A stretch of 64,000 nucleotides of DNA from Acidimicrobiales bacterium (GCA_965116485.1 OZ220692.1:3392011-3456010); one strand, 5' to 3'. Counted from the first letter of the stretch, positions 18,059-28,017 are shown. Program-made: numbers and translations. The notes: a model not told the origin generated them from the letters alone.

Positions 18059-19339
18059 TCAGTTTTGAGTGCCGAGGATTCTCTCGCAAGGCTCAGCCAC
18101 CGGGTATCTGTCACAGAACTTCCTCAAGACGACCAAATCATAGTTCAGGTACGGTTTTTGCACCTGCGGGTCATGACTTCTGTCGACTTTCCTATTCTCG
18201 GGTGTCTCAGGAAGACCTATGTACTGAAACGGATTCAGGCTGCTCGGGTCTGTGTCGGGATGCAAGCAGGCCGGTTGTTGGCTTCTCAGCTCGAACCAGT
18301 CTCTTTGGTTGCATAGGACATACATCCCGTTCTCTCCGTTGTTATCCTCTAGCCATTCGGAGAACGGTCTGTAGTACCAAGATGACATGAATCCACAATA
18401 ACCCTGAGGACCCATGACAGGTCGTTCGAAAACCCGTTCAAGATGTTCAGTGAGGGTCGCAAAACCTCCAGGACCTATCGGCCCGCAGTTATAAGGGAAA
18501 ATCTCCAATTGTTCCTGTGAAACATCGTAGTGTACACACTCCAGAGAATCACCCCAAGCACCAACTTCAATAACCTCCAGCTCACCGCAAACCTGAACAT
18601 CACCAACTTCGATACCCGCGTAAGACGGCCTCTTCGCTCGCCAATTACCATCGGCGAGGAGACACCAAATTCCTGCATGAGTCACGCAGGAATGGTATTC
18701 ATACTGGCTGTCCTCGGAGGTTTCCTCGGTCTCTGCCGGTTCTTCTTCCATCTCCGCGTCCGTCTCATCGACGGCTTCCGGATCGGTTTCTGGAACGGTA
18801 GGGCCGGGGTCTACCTCTTCGGTTTCCTCGGTCTCTGCCGGTTCTTCTTCCATCTCCGCGTCCGTCTCATCGACGGCTTCCGGATCGGTTTCTGGAACGG
18901 TAGGGCCGGGGTCTACCTCTTCGGTTTCCTCGGTCTCTGCCGGTTCTTCTTCCATCTCCGCGTCCGTCTCATCGACGGCTTCCGGATCGGTTTCTGGAAC
19001 GGTAGGGCCGGGGTCTACCTCTTCGGTTTCCTCGGTCTCTGCCGGTTCTTCTTCCATCTCCGCGTCCGTCTCATCGACGGCTTCCGGATCGGTTTCTGGA
19101 ACGGTAGGGCCGGGGTCTACCTCTTCGGTTTCCTCGGTCTCTGCCGGTTCTTCTTCCATCTCCGCGTCCGTCTCATCGACGGCTTCCGGATCGGTTGTGG
19201 TGGTGGAGGTGGCAACTTCCGAAGGAAGCTCCACCGGCGCACTATTGTCACCCCGGTTAACCAGGATAACGACAACGCTCGTGACCACGATCAGTGAGAC
19301 CACTGAAAACAGCAGCTTTTTGGCCAATGACTTGGACAT
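18059..19339 (-). CDS. Orphan membrane-anchored protein with acidic 34-aa repeat stalk and Cys-rich C-terminal domain (transposon cargo)
   Basis: 426-aa ORF with AGGAG RBS, N-terminal TM helix, repeats TDPEAVDETDAEMEEEPAETEETEEVDPGPTVPE and 10 Cys in the C-terminal ~210 aa. Visibly lower GC than the flanks. Confidence 0.8.
   Translation of the reverse strand: MSKSLAKKLLFSVVSLIVVTSVVVILVNRGDNSAPVELPSEVATSTTTTDPEAVDETDAEMEEEPAETEETEEVDPGPTVPETDPEAVDETDAEMEEEPAETEETEEVDPGPTVPETDPEAVDETDAEMEEEPAETEETEEVDPGPTVPETDPEAVDETDAEMEEEPAETEETEEVDPGPTVPETDPEAVDETDAEMEEEPAETEETSEDSQYEYHSCVTHAGIWCLLADGNWRAKRPSYAGIEVGDVQVCGELEVIEVGAWGDSLECVHYDVSQEQLEIFPYNCGPIGPGGFATLTEHLERVFERPVMGPQGYCGFMSSWYYRPFSEWLEDNNGENGMYVLCNQRDWFELRSQQPACLHPDTDPSSLNPFQYIGLPETPENRKVDRSHDPQVQKPYLNYDLVVLRKFCDRYPVAEPCERILGTQN
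18719..19196. repeat. 102-bp tandem repeat, about 4.7 apparently identical copies
   Basis: ggtttcctcggtctctgccgg starts at 18719, 18821, 18923, 19025 and 19127. Confidence 0.95.
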
Positions 19340-19355
19340 TTGTTTTCTCCTTTTC

Positions 19356-20054
19356 GGCTCTTCGCGTTTGAGGTCGGAGTGGGGGTTGTGGGGTGTTGGC
19401 GGTTGGTTGGGTGGGGTCCTCCAGAATCGGGGTCGTAAACCACCCCTGAACCTGGAGGATCCCTGTGGAACACGACCCTATACGCATGTGTGAGTTGTTG
19501 GTAGGCCTCGGCGAAGTCGACGTGTTGAGCGTCGACGACGACCGTGGCGGGCCGTTGAGGTTGAGTGTGCGAAGCCGGGCACCGCGTCCGTCGTGTGCGG
19601 GTTGTGGCGGCAAATTGTGGTCCAAAGGAGACCGGGCAGTGGAGCTGGTGGATCTGCCGGTGTTTGGCCGCCCGGCGAGGTTGGTGTGGCACAAACACAG
19701 ATGGAGATGCCCCAGCAGTGATTGCGGCACGAGTTCGGTGACTGAACAGAACCCTCAGATAGCGCCGCCGCGGGCGTAGTTGACGACACGAGCAGCGCGT
19801 TGGGCGACACGCCAGGTCGGCCGCGGCCTTCCGGTGAGCGATGTTGCTTTGGAGCACCCAGATCGCCAACTGGCACCACGCCCGAGTGTCCAACGCCGCG
19901 TCCGAAGCAGCCAACAATCTGATCAAACGAGTCAAACGCGTCGCCTTCGGGTTCAGCAACTTCAACAACTACCGGATCAGAGCACTCCTGTATGTCGGCA
20001 AGCCCAACTGGGCGCTGCTCGACACCCTCACTCCGACCTAATACGCGAAGAGCC
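19356..20054 (+). mobile_element. Internally deleted, non-autonomous ISL3 copy (699 bp)
   Basis: Same IRs as copy 1. Transposase N-terminus stops at TAG 19777-19779. About 0.72 kb is missing at the junction near 19849 (gatgttgct|ttggagcacc). C-terminal SNAASEAANNLIK retained. Confidence 0.9.
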
Positions 20055-20057
20055 GGT

Positions 20058-23000
20058 TTATTCTGTTGTTGTCAACTCGGGTGTGTTGTGTTTTTTGAAC
20101 TCGGGAGGTTTCGCGTGGGTGCCTGTTTTGGCGGGTGTCGCGGCGTGTGTTTCGAGGTCGTTGCGGATGATTAGAGGTTGGTTGAGAATGTTGTCGAGGA
20201 GGTTTTGCTGGGCTGGTCGTTCCGCTACGAGCAGTGTCAAGACGTTGAGCAGGGTGATGAGATCGGTGCTGTAGGTAGCGGACCATGCTGTGGGGTGTAT
20301 CTCGTCGAGCGGCGACGTTTTCTTTCCTGCAGGTTCGTGTTTGCGGTAGCCGAACCATGATTGGATGACGTTCATGTTCGCTGTGTTGTAGTTGTACACG
20401 TCGGTTGAGACGTTGCGGACATCTCCGTTCCCTGAACCGGCAGGTCCGTGGATGCTGAGCGTGGATGTGATTTCGTTGTGGGTGATGGAGTGCGCTTCGG
20501 TGGGCATCACGGTGTCCAGGGTCGGACCGTTCGGCGCGTTCAATGGTTCGGTCGGGTTAGTTCCACATCGTTTCCCAAGCGTGCTCAGATACAAGATTCT
20601 GTGTCCGAGGTCTGCTGCCTCCCAGAACAGGTCTGGGTTTTTGGTGAGAGGCACCCTAAGTGCTTTGGCGTTCAGCAGGTCGTCGCGGAACGTGTCGGTG
20701 AACCCGGGATGGGCGACAACAGCAGCGATGTAGGCAAATAGGTCAAGACTCGAAACAGTACGACCAAAGACGCCGGTGAGGTAGTCGATGGTTGCAGGGT
20801 CGGTGTTGTTGGTGCATGTCTGGTCGCGCCACAGCGGGTGAATCCGTCCCGCACGCGAACCGGCGAGATAGTCCATGTCTGGGATTGTGGCGCTGAAAGA
20901 CACAAGTTGCCCATCGGCGTCGGCGATTAATGGCCTTGTGCTGGCAGTCCCAAGTGCTGGCACAGCGAGATACATTTGATGTTCGCTGTGCGCTGCCCAT
21001 AGCGACGGGTTCGGTCGGTCGATGAGCCTTTTGTCGCGGATTATCCATTGTTCATCGAAGCTGCGGTATCCGTATTCGACAAGCGTCGCTTCGCAGAGGT
21101 CTTGATCGGCGAGTTGTGGTCGGCGGCGGCGCTCCGCGGTGAGGTTGTCGGTCAGTTTGGTACCGATGGTGCGGTCGCGTGGGTGTTCGTCGAGATACCG
21201 CGACATTTCGGTTTTGTTCGGTCTTTGTTCAAGCAACGTTGCCCAGCGATGTCGGAGGACGTCTTTGTCGGGGGCGACGGGCCAGGTGCGTCCGATCTTC
21301 ACACCGCTTGCGTGCCACGGCAACAAGTCCTCCACGGACGGCATCTGCTGCCACCGGTTAGACGCAGGAGGCGTCATCGGCCCTCGACCATCCAGCCCCG
21401 GTTCGATAAGGTCCCATTCATCGCCGTTGAGGGCGACTAGGTCGGCGATGTGGTCAAACTTGGAGTCCCGTGTGCCTTGCGGCACTCGATGGTGACGAAC
21501 GACCACCTGGCCGGTTTTTTGGGGCAACCGGACGGCGGTCACTATCGCTACGGGTTGCCGCATCGCCTCGAATATCTGTGAATCAGCGGATGCGTGATGT
21601 CCTTCCGGCGACAGTTCGAGCACCCATATGTGGCTGCACCATTCGCTCAGCCACCGCCTCATCTGTTGAAAGCCGTCGCCGTCGAGCCACCCGGTAGGCG
21701 CAATGAACGACACGATCCCGGCCTGCTCGGCTTGGTCTGTTTCGCCGGGGTCGATTTTGGGTTTGGGGGCGTTCTCAAACACCTTCCATGTCGCCCACCG
21801 CCAAAAGTAGACGTACAGGTTCGATAGGTTCTTGGCGTGAGCGCTCACACCCCAGTCAGAGTCGGGTTGCCACTCGTCAAGCAAATTCTGCGAAACCCAA
21901 CTGGTCTGTGCAGCGCCAGTGAGGTATGGCGGATTGCCGATCACTACCTTGATAGGGATTTCGCGTTTTATCTTGTCGGCTTGCTCCCGTTGATCGGTGA
22001 TCGCCTTCATAAAAAACTGTGGGGCTGGTTCGAGATATGGGTTAGCTAGCGTGTCAGTCAAGTAAACACCCGGAGCGATATCGGTGAGGTCCGGGTCGTG
22101 TGCGCGCACCGACTCGATCAACCGCAACTGAGCAACCGCATACGGACATGCTTGTATCTCAAAACCGACCATCCGCTCTGTGAGAGCTTCGTTCATTGCT
22201 TCCGCGGCGTAGCCTGCCCCAACCCTGGAAACGGCGTTCGAACCGATCCGGTTGAGGATGCTCAAAAGGTAGGTTCCTGTGCCAAGCGCAGGATCAACAA
22301 CGGACACGTTGTGGTCGGCGTAACCGTCCGGTAACCTGAAAAGGTCTACGAGTATCCGGTCGGTGAACTCAACCATCCACTGCACCACAGGCTTTGGTGT
22401 GTAATACGAACCGGACAGTTTCTTGAGCGCAGGGTCGTATTCGCCGAGGAACAGTTCGTAGAAATCCATCCAAGCGTCGCCTGGCACAGACTCGCGGATC
22501 GCGTCCCAGTCCACCGCCTTCGCCACCGCCAGCATCGACTCCAACGACGCGTTCACCTCGGACCTCACCGACACGTCCGATGTCAACAACGACAGCGCTT
22601 TGCCGAGCACCCCTCGCTCCGAACCAAGACGTTCGCTTACAAGGTGAAGCAGCAACCCGAACCGATCGTAACGGTTCGGGTCGACGTCGAGCGAGAGGTC
22701 TATCCCGACGCTGCTCGCCGCCAGCAAAGCGAAAGCGACGGTCTGAGTGTAAGCGTCAACAAAACCGTCGTCATCGAGATCAGGGAACAACACATCTCGC
22801 CAGTCCTGGGTCAACCCTTTCAACAACGACTCGTCAAGCCCAGAGACGTCAGCGCGAATAGCGCGGCATCGCTTGGCAGTCTCGGTCGCGAGCCGAGACG
22901 TTGATTTGATGATCTGCGGCGTTCCCGAAAAAGCGTCGCTGAGCAATCGCGTAGCTTCGGTTGCGCAATCCTTCATGGGAGAGGCCGCGGACTTGATGTC

Positions 23001-23423
23001 GTCACAGACTGAGAACTTTGCGGTGAGCGAACCATCCCGCCACAGTGTCCAATCGTTGCCGTCGGTGTAGATCACGTTCGGCAGGTGGCTGTACTTGAAC
23101 CACTGATCCTTCTCGCGGCCGGTGAACAGCGTCGGGTCGGCTCCTTTGCCTGGTGCCTTCAACTCAACGACGAAACACAGATTCCCATCCTTGTAAATCG
23201 ACAAGTCCGGGTAACCAGTCCCCAAACCGTCGACCGTCAGAGAAACCTTGTCCGCCACCACGACACGACTAGAACTGACCAGTTCAGACACACCGTCGAG
23301 GAGCTGGCGCACAGGAGCGGTCAACGTTTCCTCTCTGAAACCAGCGTCTTTGCCGTCAGCGCGGACCTGTTCAACGAAATGAGCGACGACGGCTTGAACC
23401 TCCACCTCGGTTTTGGTCATCAT
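20058..23423 (-). CDS. Single-polypeptide restriction-modification enzyme (PD-(D/E)xK nuclease, N6-adenine methyltransferase, type ISP-like C-terminal specificity domain)
   Basis: GYPDLSI...VVELK, YELFLGEYDP...GSYYTP, DPALGTGTYL (motif I), VIGNPPY (motif IV), YRSFDEQW. No helicase motifs recognised. Confidence 0.85.
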   Translation of the reverse strand: MMTKTEVEVQAVVAHFVEQVRADGKDAGFREETLTAPVRQLLDGVSELVSSSRVVVADKVSLTVDGLGTGYPDLSIYKDGNLCFVVELKAPGKGADPTLFTGREKDQWFKYSHLPNVIYTDGNDWTLWRDGSLTAKFSVCDDIKSAASPMKDCATEATRLLSDAFSGTPQIIKSTSRLATETAKRCRAIRADVSGLDESLLKGLTQDWRDVLFPDLDDDGFVDAYTQTVAFALLAASSVGIDLSLDVDPNRYDRFGLLLHLVSERLGSERGVLGKALSLLTSDVSVRSEVNASLESMLAVAKAVDWDAIRESVPGDAWMDFYELFLGEYDPALKKLSGSYYTPKPVVQWMVEFTDRILVDLFRLPDGYADHNVSVVDPALGTGTYLLSILNRIGSNAVSRVGAGYAAEAMNEALTERMVGFEIQACPYAVAQLRLIESVRAHDPDLTDIAPGVYLTDTLANPYLEPAPQFFMKAITDQREQADKIKREIPIKVVIGNPPYLTGAAQTSWVSQNLLDEWQPDSDWGVSAHAKNLSNLYVYFWRWATWKVFENAPKPKIDPGETDQAEQAGIVSFIAPTGWLDGDGFQQMRRWLSEWCSHIWVLELSPEGHHASADSQIFEAMRQPVAIVTAVRLPQKTGQVVVRHHRVPQGTRDSKFDHIADLVALNGDEWDLIEPGLDGRGPMTPPASNRWQQMPSVEDLLPWHASGVKIGRTWPVAPDKDVLRHRWATLLEQRPNKTEMSRYLDEHPRDRTIGTKLTDNLTAERRRRPQLADQDLCEATLVEYGYRSFDEQWIIRDKRLIDRPNPSLWAAHSEHQMYLAVPALGTASTRPLIADADGQLVSFSATIPDMDYLAGSRAGRIHPLWRDQTCTNNTDPATIDYLTGVFGRTVSSLDLFAYIAAVVAHPGFTDTFRDDLLNAKALRVPLTKNPDLFWEAADLGHRILYLSTLGKRCGTNPTEPLNAPNGPTLDTVMPTEAHSITHNEITSTLSIHGPAGSGNGDVRNVSTDVYNYNTANMNVIQSWFGYRKHEPAGKKTSPLDEIHPTAWSATYSTDLITLLNVLTLLVAERPAQQNLLDNILNQPLIIRNDLETHAATPAKTGTHAKPPEFKKHNTPELTTTE

Positions 23424-23563
23424 CGGTTCCCTTGGTCGGCTAGACAATCCGCACCAACGTACCACCACCCCTACGACAGTCAGGGAGGAGAAGGCAATCG
23501 AGATGGCCGACGAGGCTCTGGCTTCGCGTACATGCGCTGCGAACAGCAGGCGGTCCAACGCCG

Positions 23564-24439
23564 TTAAAACTCGTACCCGCCGATTCCGTAAAAGCCGCTT
23601 GAGGCAGTCTTCGGGGTGCGGTGACGGGGCAGGATCGTCGCGCCGTCCGGCGGAGCCGGATCGTCGCCGAGCACCGTGGCGCGTCGCAGAACCCTCCGCT
23701 CGGACGTATCGTCAACCACCGAGTGCAATGTCACCCGCTCATCCCAGAGCACCACATCGCCGACGTTCCAACGCCAGCGACAACTGAACTTCACCTGCTC
23801 TTCCCAGCGGTAAAGGAAGGACAGGAGATTCTGTGACTCGGGCCGCGAGAGCTGAGGGATGCGCCGACTGAACTGCTTGTTGACATACAGGCTCCTGCGT
23901 CCCGTGTCCGGATGCACCCGCACGACGGGATGCTCTGCCGCGGGTGCTCCTTGAGTGCGCGTGTCCTCATGCAGACAGGTCAACCCTTCGAGAAACTGCT
24001 TCATCGCCGCCGACAGCGAGTCGTAGACCTCGTAGCAGTTGATCCACATCGTGTCGCCGCCCCACGGCGGGGACTCGACCATGTGCAGAAGCGCGGCGAC
24101 GGGGGGATGGTCCGAGCAGGTGAAATCGGTGTGCCAGACATCGGCTTTCGGGGTCGTCGAGGTGTCCAGCACGATCACTTCGGGAATCTCCGGGTCGACC
24201 TTGTCGAGGTAAGGATGAACTTCGAGCGGGCCGAACGCGGCCGCGATGTCACGGAGACCTTCGGCGGTTGGATCCAACCCGGGCATGAACAGGACCAGAT
24301 TCTCGTTCAATGCCTGCTTCAACTCGTCGGCCACGGCACTGACAGCACTGAAATCGAGACCGATGACCTCGGCTCCGAGCGAGCCGGCGATCGGTCGCAC
24401 CTCAAGTTGAGCGGGTGCTGACACAGACGATGATCCCAT
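23564..24439 (-). CDS. TauD/TfdA family Fe(II)/2-oxoglutarate dioxygenase
   Basis: SLGAEV.G, WHTD, GGDT.W, HPVVRVHPDTGR, WDERVTLH (canonical WDNR), RVLRR. Confidence 0.9.
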   Translation of the reverse strand: MGSSSVSAPAQLEVRPIAGSLGAEVIGLDFSAVSAVADELKQALNENLVLFMPGLDPTAEGLRDIAAAFGPLEVHPYLDKVDPEIPEVIVLDTSTTPKADVWHTDFTCSDHPPVAALLHMVESPPWGGDTMWINCYEVYDSLSAAMKQFLEGLTCLHEDTRTQGAPAAEHPVVRVHPDTGRRSLYVNKQFSRRIPQLSRPESQNLLSFLYRWEEQVKFSCRWRWNVGDVVLWDERVTLHSVVDDTSERRVLRRATVLGDDPAPPDGATILPRHRTPKTASSGFYGIGGYEF

Positions 24440-24490
24440 CGGAGCCAGCCTATCTCACTACTTTCGCTTTCAAGAATCGAGACACTACAG

Positions 24491-25696
24491 CTACCTGCCA
24501 CCGTTCGATCTCCCTGTCTCTCCGATTACGAACACGACCCATGACAGTCCCAAACCCAGAGTGATCGCAAGTGCAACGGCCGAAGCTCCCAGTCCGACCG
24601 ACTCCGCCGCCCATCCGACGACCATCGGCCCTACCAGCCTCCCAAGGCCCGCAGTCATGCTGAACCCGGCGATGAACGGCCCGTAGGCATCGCTCGGGGC
24701 GAGGTCGGTCGACATCGTCAGCATCGACCCGGAACTCAAGCCGTTGCCGACGCCGATCACGATGCCGGCGACAACCACTTCGCTAGCGGAGCCGGCCACA
24801 CCCAACAGCAGCAGACCCAACGCCATCAGCCCGAAGGCCGGGACCATGGAATAGAGCCGCCCGAAGCGGTCCATGATGAACCCGGAGACGGGAAAGAGTA
24901 AGAAGTCCGCAGCGGTTCCGACCGCCACGAGCGCTCCGATCGCGGAAGCGGACAGATCAAACCGGTCACCGAACAGGGGGATCACCACATAACGCCCCTC
25001 CCGCGCTGCCATGATCAGCATCGGACCCAGTGAGGCCCGCACCAGAAGTCGCCCGTGTCGCCGCAGGGCGACTCCGACTCTGGGTTGCTCCGTTCGAAGA
25101 TCAGGGCTGTCGTGGGGGTCGGCGCCCCCCGGCAATGCGATCCACAACAATCCGGCGGCGGTGATCGCTGCCGCAACAACAAAGACCGACTCCGAGCCCC
25201 ACGTGTCATACACCCATCCGCCGAGCAGTGGGCCGACGACGAAAGTGAATCGGTGCGTGCCTCCCACAAGCGACATCACCCGGCCTCGAACGCCCATATC
25301 AACGCTGCGAGCGATATAGACCTGTCGAGACTGCCGGGTTCCCGACATTCCGGCGCCTGTGGCGACCCGCAGCACCACCAGCGCGACAGCCAGTTCGGTG
25401 AACCCGAATGCCAGAACTACCACAGCCTGCATTGCAATGGACACGAACATCAAGGTGTCGTTGCCGAAGCGTTGACCGAACGCGGACGCCGGGACTCCTC
25501 CGAGCACCGAGCCCACCCCGACCGCACCGATGATCACACCCGCGAACGAGAGGCTGATTCCCTGTTCGATCAGGTACAGGGGCAGCACCGGCAACAACAC
25601 CGTTCCGCCGAGCATCGGCAGGGACCATGGCAGATAGACGGGCACCGCCAAGCGACGCAGTTCAGCGCCGAGCCCAGGTCGGTCGACGGCCGTCAC
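24491..25696 (-). CDS. MFS transporter
   Basis: About 12 hydrophobic helices, RGRVMSL, G.IMDRFGR motif A. Confidence 0.88.
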   Translation of the reverse strand: MTAVDRPGLGAELRRLAVPVYLPWSLPMLGGTVLLPVLPLYLIEQGISLSFAGVIIGAVGVGSVLGGVPASAFGQRFGNDTLMFVSIAMQAVVVLAFGFTELAVALVVLRVATGAGMSGTRQSRQVYIARSVDMGVRGRVMSLVGGTHRFTFVVGPLLGGWVYDTWGSESVFVVAAAITAAGLLWIALPGGADPHDSPDLRTEQPRVGVALRRHGRLLVRASLGPMLIMAAREGRYVVIPLFGDRFDLSASAIGALVAVGTAADFLLFPVSGFIMDRFGRLYSMVPAFGLMALGLLLLGVAGSASEVVVAGIVIGVGNGLSSGSMLTMSTDLAPSDAYGPFIAGFSMTAGLGRLVGPMVVGWAAESVGLGASAVALAITLGLGLSWVVFVIGETGRSNGGR

Positions 25697-26652
25697 GATT
25701 GCGGAACCGAAGCCGTTGCTTGTTGCTCGTCGGGTCCTTTCGCTGCCGGCTCCCCGCCGCTCAGGCGTTGCGTCAATTCCCGGACGGCGTTGGCAACGAT
25801 GGCTGACGGTTCATCGACACGGGTAAGGACAACTAGTTGCACAATCGCCTCTGGATCGGAGATAGCTACGAAGGCTAGACCTCCGAGGCGCAGCGACTGC
25901 ACACCGGCCGGCACGATCGCCACTCCCTCCCCTGCCGCGACCAGCCCGAGAATGGTGGTGTATTCGGTGGCTTCGATCGCAGGCGAGTAACTGACTCCGT
26001 GGGGCGCCAACATGGCCCGCAATCTGGCGTGCAGAGTCGGCGATTGCTCGCGTGCGAATCCCACGAATTCGTCGTCACGCAGTTCGTTCAGCCGAATCGA
26101 CGGATCGCTTGCCAGCCGGTGGGCGCTCGGAACCGCGGCCACAAGCGGTTCATCATCGACCACCGTGGCCGACAGAGGCGAGTGGTCGAGGGTGACACGC
26201 GCTATCCCGATGTCGATTCGACCAGCAGTGAGAGCCGCGGCTTGTTCATCGGACGACATCGTGTGGAGTTCCAGTGTCACCAAGGGGCTGGCCTGTCGGA
26301 AACGGTGCAGAAAGCGTGGCACGAACTCGTAGGCAGCCGAGTCGACGAACCCGATGCGCAGGTTGCCCCGTTGACCGGCACGCAACTCCCCGGCCGCGCG
26401 GGCCACTCCTTGAGCGGTCACCAGCAGGTGCCGCGCGTGGGGCAGGAAGGCTGATCCCGCCGCCGTCAACGAAACACGGCGAGTTGTGCGCTCGAAGAGT
26501 TGCAGACCCAAGTCCGACTCGAGTTGGCGAATCTGTTGGCTCAACGCGGGCTGGGCGATGTGGAGGATTTCAGCGGCCCGGCCGAAGTGCAGTTCAGCGG
26601 CCACGGTTGCGAAGTAGTTCAGCCTGCGCAGCGTGACCGATGAGTGATCCAT
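25693..26652 (-). CDS. LysR family transcriptional regulator
   Basis: LRRLNYF...HFGRAAE.LHIAQPALSQQIRQLE...LFERTTRRV. Confidence 0.95.
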   Translation of the reverse strand: MDHSSVTLRRLNYFATVAAELHFGRAAEILHIAQPALSQQIRQLESDLGLQLFERTTRRVSLTAAGSAFLPHARHLLVTAQGVARAAGELRAGQRGNLRIGFVDSAAYEFVPRFLHRFRQASPLVTLELHTMSSDEQAAALTAGRIDIGIARVTLDHSPLSATVVDDEPLVAAVPSAHRLASDPSIRLNELRDDEFVGFAREQSPTLHARLRAMLAPHGVSYSPAIEATEYTTILGLVAAGEGVAIVPAGVQSLRLGGLAFVAISDPEAIVQLVVLTRVDEPSAIVANAVRELTQRLSGGEPAAKGPDEQQATASVPQS

Positions 26653-26721
26653 AATATAATTATCTTAATACTAAGGAAACAAGTAATAGATTTATCTGAA
26701 AAGTCTGTCAAACTAGCACCC

Positions 26722-28017
26722 GTGATCCGCAGGAACCGGGCTCCGCGCTACTCGGCTGCAGCACTGCTGTGGCGAGGCGCTCGCAACGACGTCTGGCCGC
26801 GCGTCTGGCGTGAACCGGCGCTCAAGAAGTCGTACGACGTGGTCGTTGTCGGTGGAGGCGTACACGGGCTCGCGACTGCCTACTATCTGGCCGCAAACCA
26901 CGGCAACAAGAATGTGGCGGTTCTCGACAAGGCGTACCTGGGAAGCGGCGGGTCCGGGCGCAACACCGCGATCGTCCGCTCGAACTACCTGACCCCGGAG
27001 GGCGTGGCCTTCTACGACCGCTCGCTAGACCTCTACAACACGATGTCGGCGGACCTGAACCTGAACGTCATGTTCTCCGAACGCGGCCACCTGACCCTCG
27101 CCCACACGGATTCAGCGGTGCGCACGATGCGCTGGCGGGCCGAGGTCAACAAGCTGCAGAACATCGATTCCAGCGTCATCGGCCCGGATGAGATAAAGAA
27201 GATCGCTCCGAGCCTCGACACCTCGCCCAACACCCGCTACCCGATCCTCGCGGCGTTGTACCACCCCCCCGGTGGAACGATCCGTCACGACGCGGTCGTG
27301 TGGGCCTACGCCCGGGCCGCCGACGCCTACGGCGTGGACATGCACCAGAAAACCGAGGTCGTCGACATCGTCTGCGAAGGGGGCGACGGTCCCGACGGCA
27401 AGGGCCCAGGAGCAAGGGTGACGGGAGTGCGAACCTCCAGAGGCGACATCTCCACTCCGGTGGTGATCAACTGCACGGCCGGTTGGGCCAGCCTCATCGC
27501 CGCGATGGCCGGTCTCCAACTCCCGATCACCACCCATCCGTTGCAGGCCGCGGTCACAGAACCGGTCAAGGTCTTCCTGCCGACGGTAGTCGTCTCCGGT
27601 TCATTGCACGTGTACGTCAGCCAAACCGACCGCGGAGAACTGGTATTCGGAGCGTCAGTCGACCCGTTCGCAACCTACGACATGCGCGGAACCCTCGACT
27701 TCACCGAAGAACTAGCAGGTCACGTCCTTGAACTGATGCCCGCAGTGTCTCAAATGCGGCTGCTGCGACAGTGGGCCGGGCTCTGCGACATAACCCCCGA
27801 CTACTCCCCGGTGATGGGCTTCACCCCCGTCGAAGGATTCCTCTGCGACGTCGGCTGGGGGACATACGGTTTCAAAGCCGGACCGGTGTCGGGCGAGCAG
27901 ATGGCCAAATGCGTCGCTGACGGCGCCACGCCCGATTTGATCTCTCCCTTTGCACTGTCACGATTCGACGACGGCGTGCTCGTAGGCGAAAAAGGCGCGG
28001 CGGCGGTAGGTCACTAG
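26722..28017 (+). CDS. soxB: Sarcosine oxidase subunit beta
   Basis: YDVVVVGGGVHGLATAYYLA, GRNTAIVRSNY, HDAVVWAYA, GWGTYGFKA, C-terminal AAAVGH. Confidence 0.9.
   Translation: MIRRNRAPRYSAAALLWRGARNDVWPRVWREPALKKSYDVVVVGGGVHGLATAYYLAANHGNKNVAVLDKAYLGSGGSGRNTAIVRSNYLTPEGVAFYDRSLDLYNTMSADLNLNVMFSERGHLTLAHTDSAVRTMRWRAEVNKLQNIDSSVIGPDEIKKIAPSLDTSPNTRYPILAALYHPPGGTIRHDAVVWAYARAADAYGVDMHQKTEVVDIVCEGGDGPDGKGPGARVTGVRTSRGDISTPVVINCTAGWASLIAAMAGLQLPITTHPLQAAVTEPVKVFLPTVVVSGSLHVYVSQTDRGELVFGASVDPFATYDMRGTLDFTEELAGHVLELMPAVSQMRLLRQWAGLCDITPDYSPVMGFTPVEGFLCDVGWGTYGFKAGPVSGEQMAKCVADGATPDLISPFALSRFDDGVLVGEKGAAAVGH

Larger units (their letters stand above)
16546..20054. mobile_element. ISL3 composite transposon with 8-bp target-site duplication GGTTTATT
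   Basis: Two direct-orientation ISL3 copies. ggtttatt occurs at 16538-16545 and 20055-20062, flanking the outer ends only. Confidence 0.88.

Noticed and set aside
18719-19196. Regular repeats as a possible CRISPR array
   Set aside because: The 102-bp units are contiguous with no unique spacers, are in frame within a CDS, and no cas genes are present.
18530-19297. Repetitive Phe/Arg-rich plus-strand ORF
   Set aside because: Antisense of the acidic repeat gene, which has the RBS, TM anchor and coherent domain layout.
16409-23563. R-M gene region as an integrase-type island with att sites
   Set aside because: No integrase or tRNA is present. Only a 7-bp match (gcaatcg) was seen near the borders, which is consistent with chance.
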